A DNA stretch of 32,516 bases, taken from positions 1 through 32,516 of the IMG/VR virus record IMGVR_UViG_3300042510_000028. One strand, 5' to 3'. Of the stretch, positions 19,246 through 27,871 are shown piece after piece; within the stretch, counting starts at the first letter, position 1; each line of letters begins with the position of its first letter. Under the pieces are notes generated by a model that was not told where the DNA came from, made no database searches, and saw only the letters and a list, made by a program, of their open reading frames with translations. The position numbers were made by a program, and so were the translations under genes. Source of the DNA: a virus (taxonomy: Duplodnaviria; Caudoviricetes).

Positions 19246-20867
19246 TGGCTACAATTAACGCCGCCGTTGATGGCATCATACTGACAGCAGATAGCTCTGC
19301 TACCTTGAGCCTTGCCACGAGCGGCGTGATACGGGCGACTATTGATCCTACTGGTAACATTGGTATCGGTACGACAACCGCATCGTTCAAAATCACCAAC
19401 AACTTTGACGCTCCTGCTACATGGGGCAACAACGCCAACAACTTCATTGAGATGTGGCAGAACAGCGGCACCAATGCGCTTGGTGTTGCAATGGGGGATG
19501 ACTCCATCGCATCGCTGACTACGAACAACGGCTACAACCTTGTATTGGCGACAGACGGCGTTGAGCGGGTACGTGTTGCTACATCTACGGGCAACGTCGG
19601 TATCGGTAAAACCGCAGCAGCCGGTCGTTTGCTTGATGTCAACGGCGATGCGTGGTTTAACGGGGTTCGTGTTGGGCGTGGCGCTGGATCAGCTTCAACC
19701 AATACAGCCGTTGGCTCTAACGCGCTAACAGCTAACACAAGCGGAACAGTCAATACGGCGGTAGGTGAGGGTGCTCTTGCATCTAACACAACCGGCTCAG
19801 GCAATAACGCCTTTGGCCGCAATGCACTAACAGGTAACACAACCGGATATGGAAACGTAGCAGTCGGTAGTAATGATGCAGGCACCCTTGCTCCGATGCA
19901 GCTTAACACCACTGGCTACTACAACGTAGCCATAGGTAATGGGGCGCTGTATGCAAATACGTCTGGAAACAATAATACCGCCGTTGGTAGAAGCGCATTA
20001 TTTTCTAATACAACGGGGTCTATAAACACGGCGATTGGCGGTAATGCGCTCAATGCTAATACCACCGGTTACGGAGGCGTAGCGGTTGGTATCGGAGCAC
20101 TGCAGTCAAATACCACTGGGTATTACAACACTGCGCTTGGCGCAAATGCTTTATTTTCTAATACAACCGGTCTTGTCAACGTCGCTATCGGTCACGCGGC
20201 GTTATATAACTGTAACTCATCCTTCAACATAGCTATTGGTTACTATTCATTAGTCAATGTAACTAGTGGTCAATCAAATACCGTAATCGGTTACTACTCC
20301 GGTGCAACTACGACGACGGGCGGGGCTAACGTATTTTTGGGAGAACAAGCAGGATATTACGCAGTTGGCAATACAACCGGTTCTTACAACACTATCCTTG
20401 GCTCATTTAGTTACCAAGCGGCTGCAACTGATAACTATGAAATCGTTATTGGTTATAACACCCAAGGCAAAGGAAGCAGCACGGGCTTTATCAACCCGAA
20501 CGGTGGCGGCGTATACCAAGGCAATAACTCGTCAAGTTGGTCCACGACTTCGGATCGTCGGCTGAAGAAAAACATCGTCGATAACAACGAGGGTCTTGCC
20601 AAGATCAATCAGCTTCGTGTCCGTAACTTTGAGTACCGCACCGAGGACGAGGTTGATCCGGAACTGCCGAAGACGGCTGCGATTAAAGTACCCGGTGTGC
20701 AACTTGGCGTGATCGCGCAGGAGATTCAGGAAGTCCTGCCTGAGTGCGTGAAGCAAGAATCCACCGGGGTGATGTCGGTAGACTCCGACCGTTTGATATG
20801 GCACTTGGTCAACGCCGTGAAAGAATTGTCAGCCGAAGTCAACGCGCTTAAAGCAAAACTGGAATAG
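19245..20867 (+). CDS. Tail fibre/spike with 14-aa NTAxGxxAL beta-roll repeats and peptidase S74 chaperone
   Basis: Multiple NTA(V/I/L)GxxALxxNTTG repeats; TTSDRRLKKNI; GVIAQEIQEVLPECV; terminal coiled coil. Confidence 0.87.
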   Translation: MATINAAVDGIILTADSSATLSLATSGVIRATIDPTGNIGIGTTTASFKITNNFDAPATWGNNANNFIEMWQNSGTNALGVAMGDDSIASLTTNNGYNLVLATDGVERVRVATSTGNVGIGKTAAAGRLLDVNGDAWFNGVRVGRGAGSASTNTAVGSNALTANTSGTVNTAVGEGALASNTTGSGNNAFGRNALTGNTTGYGNVAVGSNDAGTLAPMQLNTTGYYNVAIGNGALYANTSGNNNTAVGRSALFSNTTGSINTAIGGNALNANTTGYGGVAVGIGALQSNTTGYYNTALGANALFSNTTGLVNVAIGHAALYNCNSSFNIAIGYYSLVNVTSGQSNTVIGYYSGATTTTGGANVFLGEQAGYYAVGNTTGSYNTILGSFSYQAAATDNYEIVIGYNTQGKGSSTGFINPNGGGVYQGNNSSSWSTTSDRRLKKNIVDNNEGLAKINQLRVRNFEYRTEDEVDPELPKTAAIKVPGVQLGVIAQEIQEVLPECVKQESTGVMSVDSDRLIWHLVNAVKELSAEVNALKAKLE

Positions 20868-20871
20868 TTAA

Positions 20872-21633
20872 ATGCTTGGCTTTACCCCATTTGCAGCGAA
20901 TCCTTTTGCGGCAGTTATTGCCGGGGATCAGCTTGTTGATGTAACTGGGGTTGAAGCCGCCGGTCAGCTTGGTACTGTTGTTGTTACGGCAGAAGCCACG
21001 ATCTTTGCTGTTGGCGTTGAGGCCATCGGCCAAACTGGCACTGTCGTTGTTGCGGCTGATGCTAATGCTCTGGTCAACGGCGTTGAGGCCACGGGCGAAC
21101 TTGGTACGGTCACTGTATTTGGTGAAGCCAACATCCCAGTCACGGGAGTCGAGGCCACCGGGCAAACCGGCACAGTCCTTGTTGCAGCAAATGCTGATGT
21201 GTTCGCTGTCGGGGTCGAGGCTACGGGTCAACTTGGTACCGTTACCGTCATATCGGAAGCGGTCGTTTTTGCTACGGGGGTCGAGGCTACCGGGCAGCTT
21301 GGTACGGTCGAAGTCGTTGGTATTGCCAATGTCCTCGTCACTGGGGTTGCTGCTACGGGACAGCTTGGCACGGTCACGGTTTCGGCAGATACCGTTGTTC
21401 TGGTTTCGGGCGTTAGCGCAACCGGTGCTATTGGTCAAGTCCTTGTTTGGGGTAATATTGTTCCGGTTCCAACTGGGCCGTGGACGCCGATTAACGACTC
21501 TCAGACCCCGAACTGGAACGCGATCAGTACAGGACAAGTGCCGGGCTGGACCCCGGTGGATGACTCGCAGACAGTTACATGGACTCCGATTGACGACACA
21601 CAAACGCCTAACTGGACAGAAATTGCGGCGTGA
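20872..21633 (+). CDS. Repeat-rich probable virion protein (22-aa and 11-aa repeats)
   Basis: MLGFTPFAANPFA start; eight GVEATGQLGTVxV-type units; Trp-spaced C-terminal repeats. Confidence 0.8.
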   Translation: MLGFTPFAANPFAAVIAGDQLVDVTGVEAAGQLGTVVVTAEATIFAVGVEAIGQTGTVVVAADANALVNGVEATGELGTVTVFGEANIPVTGVEATGQTGTVLVAANADVFAVGVEATGQLGTVTVISEAVVFATGVEATGQLGTVEVVGIANVLVTGVAATGQLGTVTVSADTVVLVSGVSATGAIGQVLVWGNIVPVPTGPWTPINDSQTPNWNAISTGQVPGWTPVDDSQTVTWTPIDDTQTPNWTEIAA

Positions 21634-21641
21634 GGTTTTAA

Positions 21642-22901
21642 ATGGCTAGTACATATTCAACTAACCTTGCCATCGAGCTTATTGGTACTGGAGACCAAGC
21701 CGGTGCGTGGGGTAACACCACTAACACTAACCTCGGTACGCTGATTGAGCAGGCCATCTCGGGCTACGTCACTCAGGCAGTTGCTACGGGTACAGACGTA
21801 AGTATCACCATCCCGAACGGTGCGTCGGGCGTGGCTCGTAACATGTACATCGAGTTGACTGGCACAGGCGGCAGCAATACCAACCTGATCGTCCCAGCCA
21901 ACAAGAAGCTGTATTTCATCTATAACAACACTTCGTCCGGACAAGTTACGGTCAAGGTGGCAGGTCAGACCGGCGTCTCGGTACCCAACGGCGTCAAGAC
22001 AATTCTGGTCTGCAACGGTACAGACGTTGTGGACGCGACCTCCTACGTCAACGGGATCAGCGCAAACATCACGACGCTGACGGCTGGCTCAGCCACGATC
22101 ACCAATCTCCGTGCTACGAGCGCGGTCATCACAAGCCTCACGTTGTCCAACCCGCTCGGCGTGGCTCAAGGCGGTACGGGCAGTGCCGCTGCTCCGTCAA
22201 ACGGACAACTTTTGGTTGGTAACGGTACGGGCTTTACGCTCAATACCTTGAACGGTGGTCCGGGTGTCGGTATCACCAACGCTGCCGGGTCTATCACGAT
22301 TACAGCGACGGGTACGGGGTTTATTGCTGCGGTTAATGCGACTTCACCGCTTCAGTCTGTTGGCACCCAGTCCATTACGATCAGTATTGCATCTAGCACT
22401 GGATCAGGTGCCGTTGTTCTTGCGACGAACCCGACTATCTCCAGCCTGACTCTGACTAATGCTTTGCGTACGGCGCAGGGCGGCACTGGGCTTACTTCTA
22501 CTCCGACGAATGGTCAGTTATTGATCGGCAACGGATCTGGGTTTGCTCTATCGACCCTGACTGCCGGTACCGGTATGACCATTACCAATAACGCTGGCAG
22601 CATCACGCTTGCTTCGGCAGGTCTGCCCACGATGAACATCGTGTCGGGTACAACTCAAACGGCAGTAGCGAGCAATCACTACGTTTTGACAAATGCTTCA
22701 GCAACCACGGTCACATTACCCCTGTCTCCTTCTGCCGGAGATGTAGTGTGGGTCACGGTGGGTAATGGACGCTCAGACAACGTGATTGCCCGTAACGGAC
22801 AAAACATTAACAGTATTGCTGAGAACATGACGATTGATACCGCATACGCAGGCATCCAACTGCGCTATGCCGACGCCACGAGAGGATGGGTATTTACATG
22901 A
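21642..22901 (+). CDS. Tail fibre proximal/adaptor protein
   Basis: MASTYS...WGNTTNTNL N-terminus; two GGTG...NGQLLxGNG modules; C-terminal TLPLSPSAGD...IARNG...GW domain resembling T4 gp9/gp10-like docking domains. Confidence 0.78.
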   Translation: MASTYSTNLAIELIGTGDQAGAWGNTTNTNLGTLIEQAISGYVTQAVATGTDVSITIPNGASGVARNMYIELTGTGGSNTNLIVPANKKLYFIYNNTSSGQVTVKVAGQTGVSVPNGVKTILVCNGTDVVDATSYVNGISANITTLTAGSATITNLRATSAVITSLTLSNPLGVAQGGTGSAAAPSNGQLLVGNGTGFTLNTLNGGPGVGITNAAGSITITATGTGFIAAVNATSPLQSVGTQSITISIASSTGSGAVVLATNPTISSLTLTNALRTAQGGTGLTSTPTNGQLLIGNGSGFALSTLTAGTGMTITNNAGSITLASAGLPTMNIVSGTTQTAVASNHYVLTNASATTVTLPLSPSAGDVVWVTVGNGRSDNVIARNGQNINSIAENMTIDTAYAGIQLRYADATRGWVFT

Positions 22902-23548
22902 GTACGCTGACGCAATTTCTTGCTGGAAAATTAAAGTCACAGGAATTTTTGTCCTCGGGAACATTTACTGTTCCTGCTGGTGTTACGACTGTCTGGGTCA
23001 CGATGACTGGCGGCGGTGGTAGCGGTTCTGCTAATGGTGGCTCTGGGCCGTATAACACTGGCGGTGGAGCCGCTGGTGCTTACTGCGTAAAGCAGGCCGT
23101 TGTAGTCACGCCGGGGGCATCAATCACAGTAACCATCGGTGCGGGCGGTGCAGCAGTAGCGCAAACAGGCGGCAATAACGTTGAAGCCGAAGGTAACGCT
23201 GGTGGGGATACTTCGTTTGGTTCTCTGACAGTATCTGGCGGTGGTGGCGGGTTTTCTAATCCACGTTCAAATACTGGTGGTGCGACAGGCGGTTATTACA
23301 TTGGTACTAGCCAAACTGTTGCAGGAAGTTGCGGAGGAAAACCGGGCGCAGCAGGTAGTTTTTCCACAAGCGGCGGTGCTGGCGGTTTATTTGGTAACGG
23401 CGGTTCAGGAAATGTCTCTACTGCAACAGGCGGCGCGGCAGCAGCTAATTCCGGCGCTGGTGGCGGTAGTGGAAGTACTAACGTGGCAAATGTAAGCGTT
23501 AGTGGCGCGGGCGGTTCAGGCCGTTGCATTGTGGAGTGGATATCATGA
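22898..23548 (+). CDS. Glycine-rich tail fibre tip-type protein
   Basis: SSGTFTVPAGVTTVWVTMTGGGGSG...TIGAGG...GGDTSFG...GGSGRCIVEW; start moved to ATG 22898. Confidence 0.8.
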   Translation: MSTLTQFLAGKLKSQEFLSSGTFTVPAGVTTVWVTMTGGGGSGSANGGSGPYNTGGGAAGAYCVKQAVVVTPGASITVTIGAGGAAVAQTGGNNVEAEGNAGGDTSFGSLTVSGGGGGFSNPRSNTGGATGGYYIGTSQTVAGSCGGKPGAAGSFSTSGGAGGLFGNGGSGNVSTATGGAAAANSGAGGGSGSTNVANVSVSGAGGSGRCIVEWIS

Positions 23549-23958
23549 TCAAGAATTACGCGATTGTTGAGAACGGCGTTGTAGTCAACGTTGCTGTGTC
23601 TGAGTCTGCGCTTGCTCCGAATTGGGTGCAGAGTGATGTAGCCCAGATTGGCTGGACCTATAACGGGTCAATCTTCAGTCCGCCTGCTCCAGCACCGGAT
23701 ACTAGGCCGCCAATTATTACTCGGCTGGCTTTCCGTTATCGCCTAACTGATGCGGAATATGTTGGCATTTTGACCGCTGCGAAAACGGACGTTTCTGTGG
23801 CCGCATGGGTTGAGACATTCAACATCGTCAGTCAAGTCAACTTGAACGATCCTCGCACCAAGTCTGGCCTCGACATGATGGTATCGAAAGGACTTCTGAC
23901 TTCGCAGCGAGAGACTGAGATTCTGACTGCGCCCGTACAGCCAGACGAAAGGCCGTGA
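23545..23958 (+). CDS. Fibre-associated small protein
   Basis: YAIVENGVVVN...IGWTYNG..F..P then ITRLAFRYRLTDAE; GGAG RBS; start moved to ATG 23545. Confidence 0.72.
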   Translation: MIKNYAIVENGVVVNVAVSESALAPNWVQSDVAQIGWTYNGSIFSPPAPAPDTRPPIITRLAFRYRLTDAEYVGILTAAKTDVSVAAWVETFNIVSQVNLNDPRTKSGLDMMVSKGLLTSQRETEILTAPVQPDERP

Positions 23959-23968
23959 GGTAACTGCC

Positions 23969-24454
23969 ATGATGACGATGGTCTCAACGTTTCTGTCCTT
24001 TCTCGCAGGTGGGCTACCCAAGATCCTGCAAATCTTCCAAGACCGGCAGGACAAGAAGCATGAGTTGGCTTTGGTGGCTGCCCAAAAGGAGCGTGAGTTG
24101 GCCTTGGCTGAGCGCGGCTTCATTGCTCAGGCACGGGTCGAAGAGATCAAGCTGGAGCAGATCCAGACTCAGACTGCCGCTGAAGAACGTCAGGCTCTGT
24201 ATAACCACGACATCGAGATCGGCAAAGGCGCTTCGCAGTGGATGATCAACCTTCGTGCTTCAGTGCGTCCGGTTGTGACTTACATCTTTGTGTTGGAACT
24301 TGTTGCTATCAACATTGCTGGTGTTTGGTACGCCTACAACACGGGTGTGCCGTTTGCCGCTGCGATGGCAGAAGTGTTCTCGGATGACGAGATGTTGATT
24401 CTGTCTTCGATTATCGCCTTCTGGTTTGGTACGCAGGCTTTTGGCAAGAAGTGA
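23969..24454 (+). CDS. Probable holin (GTA 3TM-holin-like)
   Basis: N-terminal hydrophobic segment, coiled coil, RASVRPVVTY, further hydrophobic helices ending IIAFWFG; directly upstream of lysozyme. Confidence 0.7.
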   Translation: MMTMVSTFLSFLAGGLPKILQIFQDRQDKKHELALVAAQKERELALAERGFIAQARVEEIKLEQIQTQTAAEERQALYNHDIEIGKGASQWMINLRASVRPVVTYIFVLELVAINIAGVWYAYNTGVPFAAAMAEVFSDDEMLILSSIIAFWFGTQAFGKK

Positions 24455-24939
24455 AAGTCTCCAAGGCTGCCATTGACATGATCAAACATCACGAGGGTTT
24501 GCGGACCAAGCCTTACCGCTGCCCTGCCCTTTTGTGGACTGTCGGTGTCGGCCACGTGATTGATCCAAAACACACCGCTATCCCATTTAATGAACGCAAA
24601 GATCTACCGATACCCGCAGGGTGGGATCGCACTCTCACGATGGACGAGGTGGACGGGATTCTTTCTCAAGACCTTGGCCGGTTTGAGCGTGGTGTGGTTC
24701 GACTTTGCCCTGCTGCTGTTGGCCGTCAGGGAGTCTTTGATGCTCTCGTATCTTTTGCCTTCAACGTGGGCCTCGGCAATCTCCAGCGTTCTTCCCTTCG
24801 GATGAAGACCAACCGAGGTGAACTGGAAGAGGCGGCTGACGAGTTTCTGAAATGGACGAAGGCAGGTGGTAGAGTTCTGCCGGGATTAGTTAAACGGCGC
24901 AACGACGAACGGGCGTTGTTCCTCTCGGGAGTAGCGTAA
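24451..24939 (+). CDS. Endolysin, GH24 phage lysozyme
   Basis: IKHHEGLRTKPYRCPA..WTVGVGH; FDALVSFAFNVG; AADEFLKW; GLVKRRNDERALF. Confidence 0.95.
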   Translation: MKVSKAAIDMIKHHEGLRTKPYRCPALLWTVGVGHVIDPKHTAIPFNERKDLPIPAGWDRTLTMDEVDGILSQDLGRFERGVVRLCPAAVGRQGVFDALVSFAFNVGLGNLQRSSLRMKTNRGELEEAADEFLKWTKAGGRVLPGLVKRRNDERALFLSGVA

Positions 24940-27236
24940 TGCCCCTTACAAAACTTGAATTCCGTCCGGGCATCAACAAAGAGTCTACGAGCTACGCCAA
25001 CGAAGGCGGCTATTTTGCTTGTGACAAGGTGCGGTTTCGTTCGGGTTACGCTGAAAAGCTAGGTGGCTGGGTCAATCAGTCCAGCAATACCTTCCTCGGC
25101 ATCTGCCACACCCTGTGGAACTGGGTCACGTTTGGCGGCAGCAACCTGCTGGGCTTTGGCACCAACTCCAAGTACTACATCGAGAACGGCGGTACCTATT
25201 ACGACGTAACTCCGATTTTCTCTTCGGGCGTCATTGCTGCCAATCCGTTCACGACTACAAATGGTAGTTTACTTGTTACCGTCACCCAGTCCGGACATGG
25301 TTCCACGATTGGCTCATACGTAACTTTCTCTGGCGTAGCCAACAGCGGTGTTATCAACGGCATCAACTTTGACGACGAATTTGAAATTGTCGCTGTACCT
25401 ACTTCCAACACGTATCAAATTGTTGCCCCGAACGTAGCCACGGCTACGGGATCTGGCGGCGGATCGTTGGTTGTCTCGCAGTTACAAATTCCAGCAGGTC
25501 TATCGGTCTACTCCGGTGGCGTAGGCTGGGGTAAGCCGCCTTGGGGTGCAGGTGGATGGGGTTCTGCTGTGGCCGCAGGCACGGACTTGCGTTTGTGGTC
25601 GCAAGATAACTTCAACGACGACCTGATCTTTAACTACCGCCGTGGGCCAATCTATTACTGGGCGTTGGATTTGGCGAACTATGATCGTGCCAGACTGCTC
25701 TCAGATATAGCCAACGAGACTATCCGGGCTACTACGACGGCTACGGTATCAGCTTCGGTTACGACAATTACGGTTGCTGACCCAACTGGGATTGAATCTG
25801 GCGCGGTTATCACGGGTAGTGGTATCGCTGCTGGCACGTACGTCACGACTGCTTATGACGGCGGATTCTCGGTGCCGTTGTCGGCCACCACGACTGGCTC
25901 GTTTACCATTTCTACTTTGACCATCAGCTACGCTGGTCGGCATATCCCTGAGCAGACGAACCAAGTCCTGACCTCAAGCGTCAGCAACTTCACCATTTGC
26001 TTTGGTTCAAACCCGTACAGCCCTGCTACGTTTACGTCGGACTTTGACCCGATGTTGGTGCGCTGGTCAGACGCTGACAATGCTTACGACTGGGTTCCAA
26101 CTGCACTCAACCAGTCAGGTGAACAACTTCTCTCGCACGGTTCATTTATTCAGTGCGCGGTTGATACCCGTCAGGAAATTTTGATCTGGACGGACGCTGC
26201 GTTGTTCTCGATGCAGTACCTCGGTCCTCCGTACGTGTGGGGTATCAACTTGTTGATGGACAATATCTCCATCATCTCCCCGAACGCTGCGATCACGGTC
26301 AACAACGTTACGTACTGGATGGGCGTAGACAAGTTCTACATGTACTCCGGTCGTGTTGAGACGCTGCCCTGCACCTTGCGTCAGTATGTTTATACCGATC
26401 TCAATACAAGCCAATACGGTCAGATCGTGTGCGGTACGAACGAAGGTTATAACGAGATCTGGTGGTTCTACCCGTCTGCCGATAGCCTCGTGAATAACCG
26501 ATACGTCATCTACAACCATCTGGAACGTATTTGGTATTACGGCACGATTGATCGCACCGCTTGGCTTGACTCGCCGGGTCTGCGTACGTACCCGCTTGGC
26601 GTGTTTAGCCTTCAGAGTTCGTATCTGGATACGGCTATCAACTCGTCTATCACCACCATATCGCTAGTGGATGCGTCGTCATATCCCAATGAAGGCACGA
26701 TCACGATTGACTCGGAACAGATTACCTATACCGGTAAAACTGGTAATACTCTCACTGGTTGTGTTCGCGGGGTTAATGGCACTACTGCTGCAAGCCATAT
26801 TCAATACAGCGCGGTCGGGTTTAAAGTACCTAACCAAGTGATGCTGCATGAGTTTGGTAACGACGACGTATCTCAAAGCCCTTCACTGCCTATTGAGGCA
26901 TACATTGAGTCGTCTGACTTTGATATCTCGGACGGTGAGAACTTTGGTTATGTCTGGCGTATGTTGCCTGACCTTACTTTTGCAGGGTCTAACGTCAGCA
27001 GCCCGACTGTAACTTTGACGGTCAAGCCCCGACAGAACTCGGGTAGCAATTACACGGCTGCTGATCAGCCTACTGTGACGCGCACTTCGACAATCCCGAT
27101 TCAACAGTTTACGGGTCAGGTCTACACGCGAGTGCGCGGTCGTCAGATGGCGTTCCGTCTGGACTCGGTAGACAAGGGCGTGGCGTGGCAGATGGGTGCC
27201 ATGCGTATTGATGTGAAACCGGACGGTCGTCGCTAG
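24939..27236 (+). CDS. Probable tail nozzle/stabilisation protein (P22 gp10/T7 gp12-like beta-propeller)
   Basis: 765 aa beta-rich protein with VRWSD, ILIWTD, YWMG, EIWWFYP, YVIYN motifs; position ahead of the ejection proteins. Confidence 0.7.
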   Translation: MPLTKLEFRPGINKESTSYANEGGYFACDKVRFRSGYAEKLGGWVNQSSNTFLGICHTLWNWVTFGGSNLLGFGTNSKYYIENGGTYYDVTPIFSSGVIAANPFTTTNGSLLVTVTQSGHGSTIGSYVTFSGVANSGVINGINFDDEFEIVAVPTSNTYQIVAPNVATATGSGGGSLVVSQLQIPAGLSVYSGGVGWGKPPWGAGGWGSAVAAGTDLRLWSQDNFNDDLIFNYRRGPIYYWALDLANYDRARLLSDIANETIRATTTATVSASVTTITVADPTGIESGAVITGSGIAAGTYVTTAYDGGFSVPLSATTTGSFTISTLTISYAGRHIPEQTNQVLTSSVSNFTICFGSNPYSPATFTSDFDPMLVRWSDADNAYDWVPTALNQSGEQLLSHGSFIQCAVDTRQEILIWTDAALFSMQYLGPPYVWGINLLMDNISIISPNAAITVNNVTYWMGVDKFYMYSGRVETLPCTLRQYVYTDLNTSQYGQIVCGTNEGYNEIWWFYPSADSLVNNRYVIYNHLERIWYYGTIDRTAWLDSPGLRTYPLGVFSLQSSYLDTAINSSITTISLVDASSYPNEGTITIDSEQITYTGKTGNTLTGCVRGVNGTTAASHIQYSAVGFKVPNQVMLHEFGNDDVSQSPSLPIEAYIESSDFDISDGENFGYVWRMLPDLTFAGSNVSSPTVTLTVKPRQNSGSNYTAADQPTVTRTSTIPIQQFTGQVYTRVRGRQMAFRLDSVDKGVAWQMGAMRIDVKPDGRR

Positions 27237-27838
27237 TGTCTATAACTAGCAAAAGACGAAACATCGTAAACCCAAGCTTGCCGGTAGCTCCGGTGAGCTA
27301 TGAGCAGCGGTATCAGGATCAGTACAGCAACGTCATGCGTCTGTACTTGAACCAAGTCAGTAACGCCGTCAACGCACCACGACCATACGGATCTTTTTAC
27401 AGCAACGTCGATCAGACTAATCCTGTTGCCAATGCTGTTAATTTGATGACGTATAACCAGACGGTTGATTTTTTTAACGTCAGTATCGGCGCTATCAACT
27501 CTCGTGTGTACGTAGCTGAAGAAGCTATCTACAACATTCAGTTCTCCGCCCAGCTAGACAAGTCTGGTGGTAGTGCGTCTGCCGTATATATCTGGCTCAG
27601 GCTTAACGGTCAGAATGTTGCAAACAGCGCAACTAAAGTTACTATCGACGGACCAAACTCTGAGATCGTGGCCGCATGGAACTTTGTCCTGCCTCTGGCT
27701 GAGAATGACTACTTTGAGCTTGCTTGGCAGTCGTCAGATACCAACGTGTTTCTGGCAGAAGAGCCTGCCTTGGGTAATGTCCCCGAGATCCCGTCCGTTA
27801 TTCTGACCGTCACGTGGGTGTCCAATGTGTCGGTATGA
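27236..27838 (+). CDS. Probable tail-associated protein (helical N-terminus plus beta-sandwich)
   Basis: PSLPVAP..Y...Y N-terminus; PYGSF, IYNIQFSAQL, WLRLNG, NDYFEL; follows the nozzle gene. Confidence 0.7.
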   Translation: MSITSKRRNIVNPSLPVAPVSYEQRYQDQYSNVMRLYLNQVSNAVNAPRPYGSFYSNVDQTNPVANAVNLMTYNQTVDFFNVSIGAINSRVYVAEEAIYNIQFSAQLDKSGGSASAVYIWLRLNGQNVANSATKVTIDGPNSEIVAAWNFVLPLAENDYFELAWQSSDTNVFLAEEPALGNVPEIPSVILTVTWVSNVSV

Positions 27839-27871
27839 AGTGTTAATATCAGCCCAAATTGACCCGGTGGG

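Noticed and set aside
20848-21649. Long alternative-frame ORFs (251 aa minus, 232 aa plus) over the repeat protein
   Set aside because: Repetitive Val/Gly/Thr codons suppress stops in other frames; the translations look non-protein-like.
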